Positions 42,830-54,569 of a stretch of DNA of 64,000 bases are shown one piece after another. Both the position numbers and the translations under genes were made by a program. The notes under the pieces were generated by a model. That model was given only the letters and a program-made list of their open reading frames with translations, did not search any database and was not told the origin of the DNA. The stretch lies in assembly GCA_965219415.1 (NCBI GenBank), contig OZ244742.1:1152001-1216000 (forward strand), read 5' to 3'. The DNA is from Candidatus Marinacidobacterales bacterium (GTDB lineage Bacteria; Acidobacteriota; Vicinamibacteria; Marinacidobacterales; DATDRI01). Position 1 is the first letter of the stretch; each line of letters starts with the position of its first letter.

Positions 42830-43127
42830 GACTCGCTCCTACTCAGGACGTCCTCGAGATTGGCACAACCCTAGACTCGAATTTGGGAGTATCGGATGAC
42901 TCGGCTGATTTCCGTTCGAGCGGCGATACCGGGCGGCTTAGGTAGCCCCGAACAGGTAGATCTGAAACAGAACGTGGTCTAGCTGCCTGCTAGCAATGTT
43001 CATCTGACTTGCCCCATTTTACCACCGCCTCCAGGCCACGGCCAGGCTCGCTTCCATGCCGCGACGAGAGCTATAATTCCCCCGGCTCTGTCGATGCGCG
43101 AAAACCCAATAGACTAGCGAGGAATCC

Positions 43128-44156
43128 GTGAGCGACGACTCATTCGATGAGGTGGACGACATCGGCTTCCTTCGCGACGCCCAGCTCTTCCGCGACATGC
43201 CCGATGAAGTCCTCCGCGCCATCTCGGCGCAAGCCAGAACCGTGACCTTCAACGCGGACGAGACGGTGGTCAAAAAGGGCGGCCCGGGTGACCGTATGTT
43301 CGTCGTGAAGAGCGGAGCGGTCGAGGTGCTAACCCCCACAGAATCGGAAGATGAGGATGAGGCTCGCCCGCTCGTCTACCTCGGCAAGGGGGAATGCTTC
43401 GGTGAGCTCGCCATCCTGACCGAGTCCGTTCGACAGGCGGATGTTCGAGTGCCCGAGGAAGCCCAGTTGCTGATCATCGAGCACGAGCTTTTCGATGAAC
43501 TGATGAAGGCTCACGCGGGCTTCGCCGGCCAGCTATGCGTCATCTTGGCGCACCGTCTGGTCAAGCTGCTTCAAGGCCTTCCCATGGACGAGAAGAAGGA
43601 GCTCCAGGGAAATCTGCAGAACTTCGACTTGGCTACCATCGTCCAGACGTTGATCTCTTCCGGCCAAACGGGCGTCATGACTCTGACGTTGGCCCGGAAG
43701 CCGGTAGCAAAACTCGCCTTCCATAGCGGCAACATCTTCCGCGCCAGCTATGCGAACCGGAGCGGCGATGAGGCGGTCCATCATCTCTTTCAAGTACCAC
43801 CGCAGGCGGAATTCCGCTTCTCTAGCACCGAGGATGAAGATAAAGGGAAGGGACCCGATCCGGGGATCACCGTGCCCGCCATGGCGTTGATGATGGATTC
43901 GGTCCGCCTGCAAGACGAGCTGTCCGTCTTGCGAGAGCAGCTACCATCCGAACGTACGAGCCTTAGGCGGGGGGACTCGGAGGATTTCACGCCTCCGGCC
44001 GATGGTGAAATCGGGAAAACCGCTCAGGCCATTTGGACACGCCTCGAGAAGCCGGCGACGGTCGGTGAGCTCATGGACGAGGCGGACTGGTGCCATTATC
44101 ATGCCGCCATCGCGTTGATCGGGTTATTGGAATCGAAACAGGCTCAGCCAGCTTAG
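43128..44156 (+). CDS. cNMP-binding plus DUF4388 protein
   Basis: GGPGDRMFVVKSG, GECFGELA...RQADV, then LQGNLQNFDLATIVQTL...QTG. Confidence 0.85.
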   Translation: MSDDSFDEVDDIGFLRDAQLFRDMPDEVLRAISAQARTVTFNADETVVKKGGPGDRMFVVKSGAVEVLTPTESEDEDEARPLVYLGKGECFGELAILTESVRQADVRVPEEAQLLIIEHELFDELMKAHAGFAGQLCVILAHRLVKLLQGLPMDEKKELQGNLQNFDLATIVQTLISSGQTGVMTLTLARKPVAKLAFHSGNIFRASYANRSGDEAVHHLFQVPPQAEFRFSSTEDEDKGKGPDPGITVPAMALMMDSVRLQDELSVLREQLPSERTSLRRGDSEDFTPPADGEIGKTAQAIWTRLEKPATVGELMDEADWCHYHAAIALIGLLESKQAQPA

Positions 44157-44173
44157 CATTCGAGAGGAAACTC

Positions 44174-45094
44174 ATGAGGATTCCCCTTCTTCTGTTGCTC
44201 ATCACGTTGCTGGCCGGTCTCGCGCCCGCTTGGTCCCAAAACGCCCAAGAAATCGAGGCCACCGAAGCCCCCGCCGACCTCTCTTTCCCAATTCCCGAAA
44301 ACTTGGTGCTCGATTTCCGTGTGTTCGAGTCGCGAACGCAATACCCCGACTACGACGCGATGGGAGCCCTCAACTTCTTCATCAACACCGACGGGCGAAC
44401 CGTCACCGCAACGCAATGGCCCGGCACCATCGCCAAGAAGGTGCCGGAGACTTTTCTCGCCGCGTTGATCTACGACACGGTGGCGGTGGTGGACGGCGTC
44501 AGCCGCTTCGAGTGGAGCAAGGGGTCTCGAAGCATCAAGTCCGAGATTCGAATCGAGAAGTTCCATCCGGCGGGAACTTTCAAAGCCCAGCTCGAGTCTC
44601 AGTTCGTGCGGGGTAGCCGTACGATGAAGGAGCTGTCACGCGAGCTCGAGCTACAGATAAAACGGACGGCGGTTTGGAGCACTACTGAGCTCGAGATGGC
44701 CGCCACCGATTACATCTCACACTTCCGCGAGTACAAGGATCGCGACAATCGGGGTCAACTCTACGAGATGCTGCGCCCTTACACCTTTTTCCTGATCCTC
44801 GCGGTGACCCCCCGCGTCCTGACCGCAGAAGAGGCCGTTCCGCCTCGAGCGCTATCGCTTCCCGCCGATGCCGAGCTGCCGCTCTTGGAAAACCCGACCG
44901 GCTTCCCTCTACAGGGAACCATCGTTCTGGGCTTCGGCGTCGATGAGTCCGGGGCGCCGGTGAACCCGCAGGTCCTCCGCTCTACTCTGCCCGAAGCCAA
45001 CATTCAGGTCCTCGAGCAATCGGCCCTGTGGCGGTTCCCGGCTTCGGTAGATCCCGGCCGCGGCGAGATCGAGATCGAGCTCGAAGTTCCCTGA
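44174..45094 (+). CDS. Exported protein with C-terminal TonB-like domain
   Basis: Signal peptide; QGTIVLGFGVDESG...VLRS...WRFP. Confidence 0.65.
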   Translation: MRIPLLLLLITLLAGLAPAWSQNAQEIEATEAPADLSFPIPENLVLDFRVFESRTQYPDYDAMGALNFFINTDGRTVTATQWPGTIAKKVPETFLAALIYDTVAVVDGVSRFEWSKGSRSIKSEIRIEKFHPAGTFKAQLESQFVRGSRTMKELSRELELQIKRTAVWSTTELEMAATDYISHFREYKDRDNRGQLYEMLRPYTFFLILAVTPRVLTAEEAVPPRALSLPADAELPLLENPTGFPLQGTIVLGFGVDESGAPVNPQVLRSTLPEANIQVLEQSALWRFPASVDPGRGEIEIELEVP

Positions 45095-45220
45095 GGGCCG
45101 CCTGGCGAGGCTGCTAGCGGCAAGCGCCCGTTTTGGCGCCAGGCACTCTTAAGCTGTTCCTGCCGAAGGTCTTAGCTTTTTGACTCACCCCAAATCTCAT
45201 GCTAACTTGCTGACCAGGGC

Positions 45221-46534
45221 ATGGAAACAACTCTTTCTCAAGACCAATTAGTTCTGGTCACGCTCCTCGTCAAACTCGGCGTGATGGCGTCCATCGCCAG
45301 CCTCCTGGGCCGCTTCGAAGCGTTCAAAAGGCTGCTTCAACGTGAGGAGCTCACGCTCACCGAGAAGTGGATCTTCGCTTTGTTCGCCGGCATGCTGCTA
45401 TCGAGCGGAGTCGGCATTCGAATTCTCCTGAATTACAACGCCGCCGACCTGTCCTTGTCGGGAACTCTTCTGATCGGGCTACTGGCGGGACCCATCGCCG
45501 GAGCGGCAGTGGGATTGATGGTGGGGGCCCCGGCAGTGGGCCACGGCGAGTTCATGGCCTTGCCGCTCGGCGCCCTCTACGGCGTCGCCGGAGGCATCGT
45601 TCGCGAGCTCTGCCGCAAGGAAGACATCTGGAGCTTTTCCCCGCTGATTTTTCTCAACCTCTACCGAATCGGAAAGACCGCCATCCGCGACCGCATCTTC
45701 GATTGGCAGGTCGTGATCTTCGGCGTGACTGTGGCACTCGAGTCGCTCAGGATCTTCGTGGGCTCGGAGCTGCTGCCGGGCACGGTCTTCTACTTAGGCT
45801 CCAACAACGCGTGGGTGATGTTGGCCATCTACATCTCGACCCTTTCGTGTCTCGGCATTCCGCTCAAGATCTGGCACAACATCCGGCTGGAGCAAAAACT
45901 GCGAGACCGAGAGGTTCTGGTGGTACGGGCGCGGCTCAAGGCCCTCTCCAGCCAGATCAATCCTCATTTCTTGTTCAACACCTTGAACTCCGTGGCTTCG
46001 GCCATTCGTACCGACCCCGAGGTGGCGAGGGGCTTGATCCGCAAGCTCTCCAGCATCCTACGAAAGCTCACCCAGGAGCAGGAGAACTTCATTCCCCTGC
46101 GGGAGGAACTGGAGTTCATCGACTCCTACTTGGACATCGAATCGGTCCGTTTCGGAAGCGGAAAGCTCGTCGTTGAAAAGGAAGTCGAACGGGCCGCGTT
46201 GGAGACCTTCGTTCCTTCCATGATCGTCCAGCCGCTAGTGGAAAACGCCATCAAGCACGGAATCTCGAAGCGGTTAGAAGGAGGGCGCATCATCATCCGC
46301 GCCCATAGCGAAGACGGGCGGGCGATCATCGAGATTGAGGATAATGGGACGGGCCAGCCTCAGGAATCTCAGGACGAGCCGGGGTTGGGAATTGGTCTAA
46401 CCAACGTCAACGAGCGACTTCAAGTGATTTACGGTGAGAAATGCCAGCTGGGACTCACTAGAATCTCGGGGCGGGGAACGGTGGCTCGGCTCGAGATCCC
46501 CCAGGTCGACTTGTCCTACCTAAGGGCGAGCTGA
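45221..46534 (+). CDS. LytS-family sensor histidine kinase
   Basis: Multi-TM N-terminus, LSSQINPHFLFNTLN, QPLVENAIKHG, DNG, GIGLTNV. Confidence 0.95.
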   Translation: METTLSQDQLVLVTLLVKLGVMASIASLLGRFEAFKRLLQREELTLTEKWIFALFAGMLLSSGVGIRILLNYNAADLSLSGTLLIGLLAGPIAGAAVGLMVGAPAVGHGEFMALPLGALYGVAGGIVRELCRKEDIWSFSPLIFLNLYRIGKTAIRDRIFDWQVVIFGVTVALESLRIFVGSELLPGTVFYLGSNNAWVMLAIYISTLSCLGIPLKIWHNIRLEQKLRDREVLVVRARLKALSSQINPHFLFNTLNSVASAIRTDPEVARGLIRKLSSILRKLTQEQENFIPLREELEFIDSYLDIESVRFGSGKLVVEKEVERAALETFVPSMIVQPLVENAIKHGISKRLEGGRIIIRAHSEDGRAIIEIEDNGTGQPQESQDEPGLGIGLTNVNERLQVIYGEKCQLGLTRISGRGTVARLEIPQVDLSYLRAS

Positions 46535-46535
46535 C

Positions 46536-47303
46536 GTGGCAATACGCGCCCTGGTGGTCGATGACGAGCGGTTGGCCAGGGATGAGCTCTGCTTTCTTCT
46601 CGAATCCTTCCCGGAGGTCGAGGTCGTCGGCCAAGCTAGCAACGGCCTCGAGGCGGTGACTCGGGTCCAGCAACTGCAACCCGAGCTACTCTTCCTAGAC
46701 ATCCAAATGCCCGGCCTGGACGGGTTTCAGGTTCTAAGAGAGCTCGTTGGCAAGGAGAGCGTCCCTCCGTGCGTGGTTTTCGTGACCGCCTACGACCAAT
46801 ACGCCATCCAAGCGTTCGAGATCAACGCGGTCGATTATTTGCTCAAGCCGGTCGAGAAGGTGCGCCTCGGCGAGGCCATCGCCCGTTCCCGGCGACTGAT
46901 TAGCGAAGAAGCGCCGCTGGCGGATCAGCTTGGACGCATTCTCGGCGCCCTCGACAAAGAGACGTCGCTCAAGCGCATGGTCGTCAAGGTCGGCGAGCGC
47001 TTCATGCTCGTGGACTCGAAGGACATCATCTACGCAACCGTGGAAGGCGGCATCGTGACCGTCGCTACCGACGAGTGGACAGGGACTTCCAATCTCCGCA
47101 CTCTGGACGAGCTCATCGCCAACCTCGACCCCGACGTGTTTTGGCGCGTGCACCGTTCTTACGTCGCAAACCTGCGGCGCATCAAGGAAGTGATTCCCTG
47201 GTTCAATCGCACGCTGCAGCTCAAGATGGCCGATGAACGCGAGACCGAGATCCCGGTGTCACGTTCCCAAACGCGCCGGCTAAAGGAGCATTTCAAACTT
47301 TAG
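46536..47303 (+). CDS. LytTR family response regulator
   Basis: VVDDE, FLDIQMP, TAYD..A..AF, DYLLKP, FWRVHRSY, PVSRS. Confidence 0.96.
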   Translation: MAIRALVVDDERLARDELCFLLESFPEVEVVGQASNGLEAVTRVQQLQPELLFLDIQMPGLDGFQVLRELVGKESVPPCVVFVTAYDQYAIQAFEINAVDYLLKPVEKVRLGEAIARSRRLISEEAPLADQLGRILGALDKETSLKRMVVKVGERFMLVDSKDIIYATVEGGIVTVATDEWTGTSNLRTLDELIANLDPDVFWRVHRSYVANLRRIKEVIPWFNRTLQLKMADERETEIPVSRSQTRRLKEHFKL

Positions 47304-47398
47304 ATCGGCGGAACGGCTCACCGTTTCGGATCACGTGATCCAGAAGAGGCGTGCCCCTCCTCGGGCCCCATAACTCTGGATTGATGACCAGCGCCCCT

Positions 47399-47626
47399 CT
47401 AACTGAGCTCTCGGAGACGCTTCCAACAACTTTCCTTCAAGGCCGCCCGTAACCCACCTTGCCCATAGCTGGCATCGCGCAAGCGGAAACGCGGCTTGCT
47501 GCCGTAGTCCTCGAGTGTGCGCCGCAACCCCTCCTCTAGCAAAGCACGGACCGTGATGGGCTCCTTCGCGGCAATCCGTTCGGCCTCGCGCAAAAGGGCA
47601 TCGGCAATCTCGACCGTCGTCTTCAT
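47399..47626 (-). pseudogene. VapB-like RHH antitoxin, cognate toxin deleted
   Basis: MKTTVEIADALL..A...A......R.L.EEGLR; only an LVINP remnant follows. Confidence 0.65.
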
Positions 47627-47663
47627 ATGGGTAACCATTCTATAAAAGCCATATATGTTGCAA

Positions 47664-50600
47664 TCACTCTCCAGTTCTCGGTCTGCCGCGACCCAGACGG
47701 GTGAGGCGTTGCCTTGCATCCTCGACGGCTAGCTGGTGCTCAGAGTCCGCACCATCCCAGAGCTCGATGAACCGACGGTAGTGTTCGATCGCCTTCTCCG
47801 TATCGCCAAACTCCTCGTAGATTTGAGCCCGCCGAAGGTGAAGCATCGCCTTGTAAGGCTCATCCCACCAAACGAAGGATTCATACCAGCCGAGAGCTTC
47901 TTGATAGCGTCCCAACATCCTAAGGATCTCGGCTCGCAGGAAGCGCTCGCGGTTCTGGAGATAGAATCCGCCGGCAACCGAGAACACGAATTGACTCGGA
48001 TGGGCCCGCATTTCCGCCTCTTCGAGTAGCTGGAGTGCTACTTCCGAGCGGCCGGCGTTGAAAGCTATCTGCGCCCGTATGCCGCGGGCCAGGTCTTGCG
48101 GCAGCGACTCGGATAACTCCGGCCCCGAAAGCTGCTCCAGTTCGACCGCAAAGGGCTCGGCAAGACCGCCTTCGCCCAATTCAGTACCCACCAAACCTAA
48201 TAAATAGACACGAAGAATAGGATGGAGTGCCGGTGGAACCGGAAAGTAGAAATCGGGCGAGATGCTCGATCGGGTCGAAGCCGGATCCCAATCCATTAAT
48301 TCTTGACGAATCGTTTCGAGGTCGGAGCGGCTTCGGGTGACAAAAGGAAGGGCCGCGCTGTCCGCCAAGAACTCTATGCTCTGTGCGGGATAGACAGACG
48401 CCGCTTCGGCAAAGTGCTGCTGCGCTTGTTCCCAATTCTCTCCCCTTGTAGCCAAGCGTCCGAGAAACAAGTTTCCCAAACCTCTCAGATCCGGCGGACG
48501 AGACGGTTCCGTCATAAGCTTTACGATCGACGGCACGGGTCGTCCGAAAGCGAAACGACCGATCTTTCCGAGGGCACGGTCGCCTGCGGTTCGCAGCTCG
48601 GCGGTAACGCCCTCGATGGCCCGATCGTCCTTCCGCCGAAACGCATCCAAAATCCGCCCTTCTGGGCTTGCCTGAAAATCCGGCAACAAACGTACGAGAC
48701 GTTCCGCTTCTTCAACCTCCACTACCCGAGCCAGCGCGAAAACGATTTGCCTATTCTGAGGATCGAGCTCGATAGCTCTTTCGAGATACTCTCTCGCCTC
48801 GGTCCGGGGACGCCCGAGCCTCCAGTTGTAGAACATCTTGGTGGCGCCCAGCATGTACAAAGCATCGATGTCCTTGGGCTGTCGCTCGAGGATGGCCTCA
48901 AAGAGTTGCTCGGCCTGCTCGCCGAGGCCACGGTTCATAGCGTCATAGGCGCGAAGGCGAAGCCGGTCACGCTCCGCCAAACGTTCAGCGTGCTCCAAGG
49001 CCCGATCCAAGAACTCGAGCGTCGGATGCATTTCCCAAGCAAAGCCGGCGACGTAGCCGAGCTTGCCCCAGGCGAGGGCAAAAGTAGGATCGAGTTCGAC
49101 CGCTTTCTCGAAGGTGAGGCGCGCTTCCTCGAATTTCAGATCTCTGAGAGCCCTTTCGCCTTGGAGATAAGCCTTCAAGGCCGGTAGGGACTCCGTAGTC
49201 ATGGCGGCGATGGTGCCGAGCTGTCGTTCCGCCCCGCTTCCCTGGCCGGCCAACAGCTGCGCCGAGAGATTATCCACCAGCGAAAAGAGATCATCCTCGC
49301 TGCCCTCCGCACTAGCCCGCGAGGATGCCGCCGCCGTTCCAGTCGCATCGTAGACTGTTGCTTGGATGCGTAGCCGCCCGCCCGCTTCGACGATCGATCC
49401 CAGAACATAATGTGCCGCATTGAAATGTTGGGCGATTGCTTTTCCTGCCGCGGGGTCGATCTCTCGGGTTTGTTGCTCGTTCACATGTGCCAGCAACGTC
49501 TTCGGATCGACGGTCGGTACGGAGTCAGTATCTAAGGTGGTACTGAGAAGATCGACCATGGCTTCGTCGAGATAAGCAAAGTCGCCCCTTCCTCGCACGT
49601 CGAAGGGTAGTACAGCGATCGCCCTCGGCAGGATCTGATCGACCGCAGGAGAGTTTCCGTTCGCGATCCAAATCTGCCAAACGACAACCGCGACGAGTAG
49701 TACTCCAACGAGCGTAGCGGTCGCACCTAGAAGTCCCGGTCCCCTTTTGGCACTGACGGCCGGGCGAACCGTGGTCACGGCCGTCTCGTCGCTCGGGGTC
49801 GAAAGCGCGTCGACGAACTCGCCTATGGAGGAATGCCGGTCCGCGGGCACTTTGGCCAGGGCATGCAGGATCGCATGCTCTACAAATTCCGGAACGTTCG
49901 GGCGTACTGTGCGTATTGGTGGCACGGTATCCGTTAGGTGACGTGCCAGAACCGCCTGAGTCGTGCCTCCACTGAACGGAGGATGCCCGGCGAGAATCTC
50001 GTAGAGAACGCACCCCAGACTGTAAATGTCACTCCGCCGATCTACTTCACGCCCGCTCGCCTGCTCCGGGCTGATGTAAGCCGGCGTTCCCATCGCCATG
50101 CCCGTCTCAGTCAGCTTCTCGTCGCCGGCGTCCGCAGCCGCGGTCGCCAACCCGAAATCCGCGACCATGGCGCGTCCCTCGGAGAACAAGATGTTTCCGG
50201 ACTTGATGTCACGGTGAACGATCCCTTGTTGGTGTGCGTGGTCGAGGGCGTCCGCCACTTCTCGCGTGATTCGAAGCGAGTCATCGAGGGAAAGTTGTTT
50301 TTCGCGCTGTAGCTTGGTCGCGAGCGTCTCGCCATCGACGTAAGGCATGACGTAGTAGAGAAGCCCGCCGGCCTCGCCCGAATCGAAGAGCGTCAGAATG
50401 TGCGGGTGCTGAAGACGCGCTGCAGTGCGAATCTCCCGCAGGAAACGTTCCGTCCCCAGCGCTGCCGCGACCTCGGGACGCAAGACCTTGATGGCTACGA
50501 GCCGATCGTGCTTGAGATCGCGGGCTAGGTAGACGACGGCCATCCCGCCACGGCCCAACAGCCGCTCGATCCGGTAGCTATCGCCTAGTGCGGATTGAAA

Positions 50601-50818
50601 CGTCTCGAAGAGACTCCCGTCATGGGCCTCACGCCGAGCTTCCTCGCCAAGAAGCTTCTCCAGGACGTTCCCACCACCTCCGCGAGCAAAGAGAAGGGAG
50701 TCGACTTCATTCTTGAGATCGGTATCGGAGCCGCAGGCCTCGCTAAGGTAGGACGTGCGCTCGCGCGGTGATCGATCGAGTGCCCCGCCTTGACGCGCTG
50801 CCAGCGGTCCGGTTTCAC
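47664..50818 (-). pseudogene. Ser/Thr kinase, TM, TolB-like and TPR domains; N-terminal frameshift near 50785
   Basis: GRGGMAVV, VAIK, HRDIKSGN, DFG, GTPAYISPEQ, IAVLPF, TPRs. The leader PDRWQRVK...ERTSYLSEACGSD is split across frames; the 964-aa ORF 47664-50558 is otherwise open. Confidence 0.8.
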
Positions 50819-50876
50819 GGGTCTCTATTATGTTCGATTCTGGCAGGTGCAGGTTAAAGGCTAGCTCGGCGCCTAG

Positions 50877-53517
50877 CTAGTGGAAGTTCGTTACGACGAA
50901 GAGGTCGGCGCCCTCGCTGGAGTCGGACCTCTCGTACAAAAGCCATTTCCCATCCGGTGAAACGGCTAGCCCGCCGTTCCCAACACGCTTGCCGAGAAAA
51001 ACGACCTCCGTGGTAGTTTCCGATTCCAGATCGAACCGCTGGGCGAATGCACCGTCCGGTCGGCCGAAGTCGATATACAAGATGCTTTGCCCCCAGAGGG
51101 TCCAGTTGGTCGACCCGATGTCTCGCTCCAAAACGATCTCTTCCCGGTCTCCGTCAGTGGTTGCTCGGAAGATAGTCGCCGGGCCGAACTTCTTCGTGTA
51201 GTAGATAAATCGCCCGTCGCTGGACAGGAAAAACACGTAAACTGTCTTCTCCATCACTCGCTGAGCCTCGCCGCCGGCCGCGGGGACCCTCCAGATCCCC
51301 TTTTCCAGTTGGCTGACGTAGATCCACCGACCGTCGGGGGACCAGATCCCGCCACCGCCCTCCGCCATCAATCTCGGATCAAATCCGCCGTCCACGTCGA
51401 TGACATGGGCTGTGTGGATTCCCGTCTCCATAGTATCGGTGAAAACGATTTGGTTGCCGTCGGGGGACCACTGAGGCCACAGGGCCCTCGTTCCTAGGTT
51501 GGGAAACCGACAGCACGCGTCTCCTTCGCTCGAACAGACCCAGATCTCATATCGTCCCATTCGTTCCGATACAAAGGCTATTTCTCGCCCATCCGGGGAA
51601 AACCTCGGCTGATGGTCTCTGCGGCGGGAGGAGATAAATCTCTTGGCTTGCACCGGTCGTCCCGCGGCTGGCCCGCCGACCCGCCAAATGTCACTGTTCC
51701 CCACGGATTCGGAGTAGACCAACGTCTCCCCTGATATGGTGACCCCGTCCGCATTCTCCCCAAAGGGAACAAGGGAAGGCTCACCTCCGGTTGCCGGGAT
51801 GCGCCACAATCGACTCCGGTCGCTCTCCTCTCGCCACGAGACAAACACAATCGATTGGCCGTCTTCAGTCCAGTCCAAACCCGAAATATAGACCTCATCA
51901 TGAGTCAGCCTCGTCGCCTCTCCGCCCTCGACAGGCTGGAGGAAAACCTCATCGTTGGAACCCTTTCCACTTTCGCGAAGGAAGGCGAGGGTTCGTCCGT
52001 CGGGTAAGAAAACAGGACCGTGGTCAGCGATCAACAACCCCGGGTCGGCGTCCGGGAAGGGCGATGTGACTCTCCGTTTTTGGCAGGTGTCCATGGAAAT
52101 GAGAAAAATGGCTCGGTGTCCTTTCTCCTCCCAGGTATCTACAGTCGCCAGGTACTTGCCGTCCGGCGACCAGTCCAGCCCTTCTCCTCTCCCGGTCCGT
52201 ATCGTGGTGATCCTCCTCTCGGACCCGCCGAGCTCGGGGACGTTGAAGATCCCGTTTTCGTCTTCTCCCTCCAAGTAACGCAAGAAAGCAACCTCACTGC
52301 CATCGGGCTTCCACGTTGGGTGGGCGATTCCGCCTGAGGCCACGCGTAAAGGCTCGCCTCTTCCGCCTCCGCCCACGGCGTGGACGAAGAGCCCTGGCTC
52401 CTCAGCATCTGTTCCACTCCACGCGAACGCCACTTTGGTTCCATCCGGAGACAGGGCGGGATGGTACTCGCTTCCCGGGAGATCCGTGAGCGGTTTGGGT
52501 GGTTGTGGTGGTGGTCTCGTATCTCGAAAGATCAAATAGGCCACAATGCCAATTGCCAGTGCCACGACGGCCACGATCGCCCATCTCACTCGGAAAGGCC
52601 CACTTTCCTTCCGCAAGTCTTGAAGCGCATCCACCGACACGAACTTCCCGGAGTCCATCTCATCTCGAACGTCTTTGAGCGTCACCAAGAGATCGCCCAT
52701 CGATTGCCAACGACGGTCCGGATCCTTTCGCAGCGCTCGCAGAACGAGCTTTTCCAAATCGAGCGGAATCGACGGGGATAGCTCACCCACTCGCTTCGGC
52801 TCGTCGCGAAGAATGGACGCGAGAATAGAAAGCGTCGTGTCACCGGAGAACGCTTGTCGACCGCTGATCAACTCGTATAAGACCGCGCCGAAAGAAAAGA
52901 TGTCGCTCCGAGCATCGACCGTTCGGCCTTGCGCCTGCTCGGGAGACATGTAGGCCGGCGTTCCCAGGATGAGACCCTCCTGAGTCAAAGGAGCCTCTCG
53001 GTCCTTCGTCGCTCCTTCTTCGCTAGGCTCGGAGGCTTCCGTCAGCTTGGCAAGACCCAAGACCAAAGTCCAGAATCTTCACTCGCGCGTCGCTGGTCAC
53101 CATCACATTGTCCGGCTTCAGATCCCGGTGCACGATGCCTTCTTGATGGGCACGCGCCAGTCCATCGGCGACTTGGATGGCGATATCGAGCTTCTTGGGA
53201 AGGTCGAGCTCTCCCAAGCGGATGACCTCGCGCAGTGTGCGTCCCTCCACGTACTGCATGACGATGAAAGAGACGCCTTCTTCTTCGGCGATATCGTGGA
53301 TGGTAATGATATTGGGATGATCGAGAGCGGAAGCGGCGCGCGCCTCTCGGATGAACCTCGCCCGCCTTTCGGGATCGGAGACCGCGTCCGGGGGCAAGAC
53401 CTTGATGGCGACCGGCCGCTTCAGCCTAGTGTCGAGCCCTTTGAAGACCTCGCCCATGCCCCCGGCACCGAGCCGTTCCTCGATGCGGTAGTGGGCGAGA
53501 GCGTCGCCAGGCTTCAT
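50877..53517 (-). pseudogene. Ser/Thr kinase with PD40/WD40-like propeller, frameshifted
   Basis: HRDLKPDN; DFGLAK broken by a CAAGACC tandem duplication at 53051-53064; GTPAYMSPEQ; many SPDG repeats. Confidence 0.92.
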
Positions 53518-53629
53518 TTTTCGAAGGTTTCTTTGTGTCCGGGAACTAGGAGAGTCGCCGGCCCGTCATGTCCGTCCCAGACTGTGGCCCAAGTATACCT
53601 CTATGCTTGAGTGGAGATGGGGATCGAAC

Positions 53630-54346
53630 CTAAGTGTAGCTCACGGCGTTAAGGAGATAGCGGATTTCCGCCTCGACCTGATCCTCGCTCGCCACGGTGT
53701 CGGCGACTTCATCTCGCAACACTTGGCCGAAGCGGCGGCGCAAACGATGGACGCCTGTCTTAACAGCACCTTCGCTCGTCCCAAGCTCTTCCGCGGCGAG
53801 CTTGTAGGGTAGCTGAGGTTCCTCGCCCAAGAGGTAGGGTTTGAACTGCTCCAGTTGATCCGTCTTCCCCGCTTTGGTGAGCTCGAGAACTAGGCGGTCA
53901 TAGACGCGCTTGAGAAGACGCTTCGCCCATTGCCGCTCGTAGAGCTTCTCTGGCGTCAACCCATCTGCCGGCTCCACAAGATAACGGCGTTCTGCCTTGT
54001 CTGTATCGAGTGAAAGGTGTAGCTCGCCGCCGCCTCGTTTCTGCGCGTGGGCTTTGTCCCATTCGTTGGCGAGAAAATGTTTCAGCGATGCCAACAAGAA
54101 CGAGCGGAACCGCCCGTCTTCCTGGCGGACTTCTCTCAAATAATCTTTCTCTAGAATACGCAGAAAATAGGCTTGCGTCAGATCGGCGGCCTGGTCAGGT
54201 TCGTAACCCATCCGCCTGACGAAGGCGTACAACGGATACCAATACGCTTGGCAGAGGTTGCCGAGAGCCTCTCGACCCTCGGGGGTGCGTTTGTTTCCCG
54301 CAGCGAGGACCAAACTCCAGTTGGTGGTGTGGAATCTCTGGTTCAT
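53630..54346 (-). CDS. ECF RNA polymerase sigma factor (STK-associated type)
   Basis: FHTTNWSLV, LCQAYWYPLYAFVRR, GRFRSFLL, EGAVKTGVHRLRRR. Confidence 0.92.
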   Translation of the reverse strand: MNQRFHTTNWSLVLAAGNKRTPEGREALGNLCQAYWYPLYAFVRRMGYEPDQAADLTQAYFLRILEKDYLREVRQEDGRFRSFLLASLKHFLANEWDKAHAQKRGGGELHLSLDTDKAERRYLVEPADGLTPEKLYERQWAKRLLKRVYDRLVLELTKAGKTDQLEQFKPYLLGEEPQLPYKLAAEELGTSEGAVKTGVHRLRRRFGQVLRDEVADTVASEDQVEAEIRYLLNAVSYT

Positions 54347-54487
54347 TCGTGAGCCCTGGGGTGAAAAATGACGTTCAGTTCACGAGTTCACACTTTGAGC
54401 ATACCGACCGTTTCTCGTCAACGCAAAGAAAACATTAGGTTTGTCTCCCTAACCATCCTACCGCTCAAAGCAAGTCACCCGGCGCCC

Positions 54488-54517
54488 GTAACCTTTGCTC
54501 CGTTTTGCTTCTGTATG
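54488..54517 (+). promoter_or_regulatory. Possible ECF-type promoter for the TonB-dependent receptor
   Basis: GTAACC -35-like element followed by CTGTATGT, upstream of 54570. Confidence 0.35.
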
Positions 54518-54569
54518 TAGTGGAGAGCGGGAAATGAAGGCGAAATCAAGCCATCCCAGGAGCTGACTA

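Noticed and set aside
42830-43020. Lysine riboswitch upstream of lat
   Set aside because: No recognisable lysine-riboswitch consensus blocks by eye; an Infernal search would be needed.
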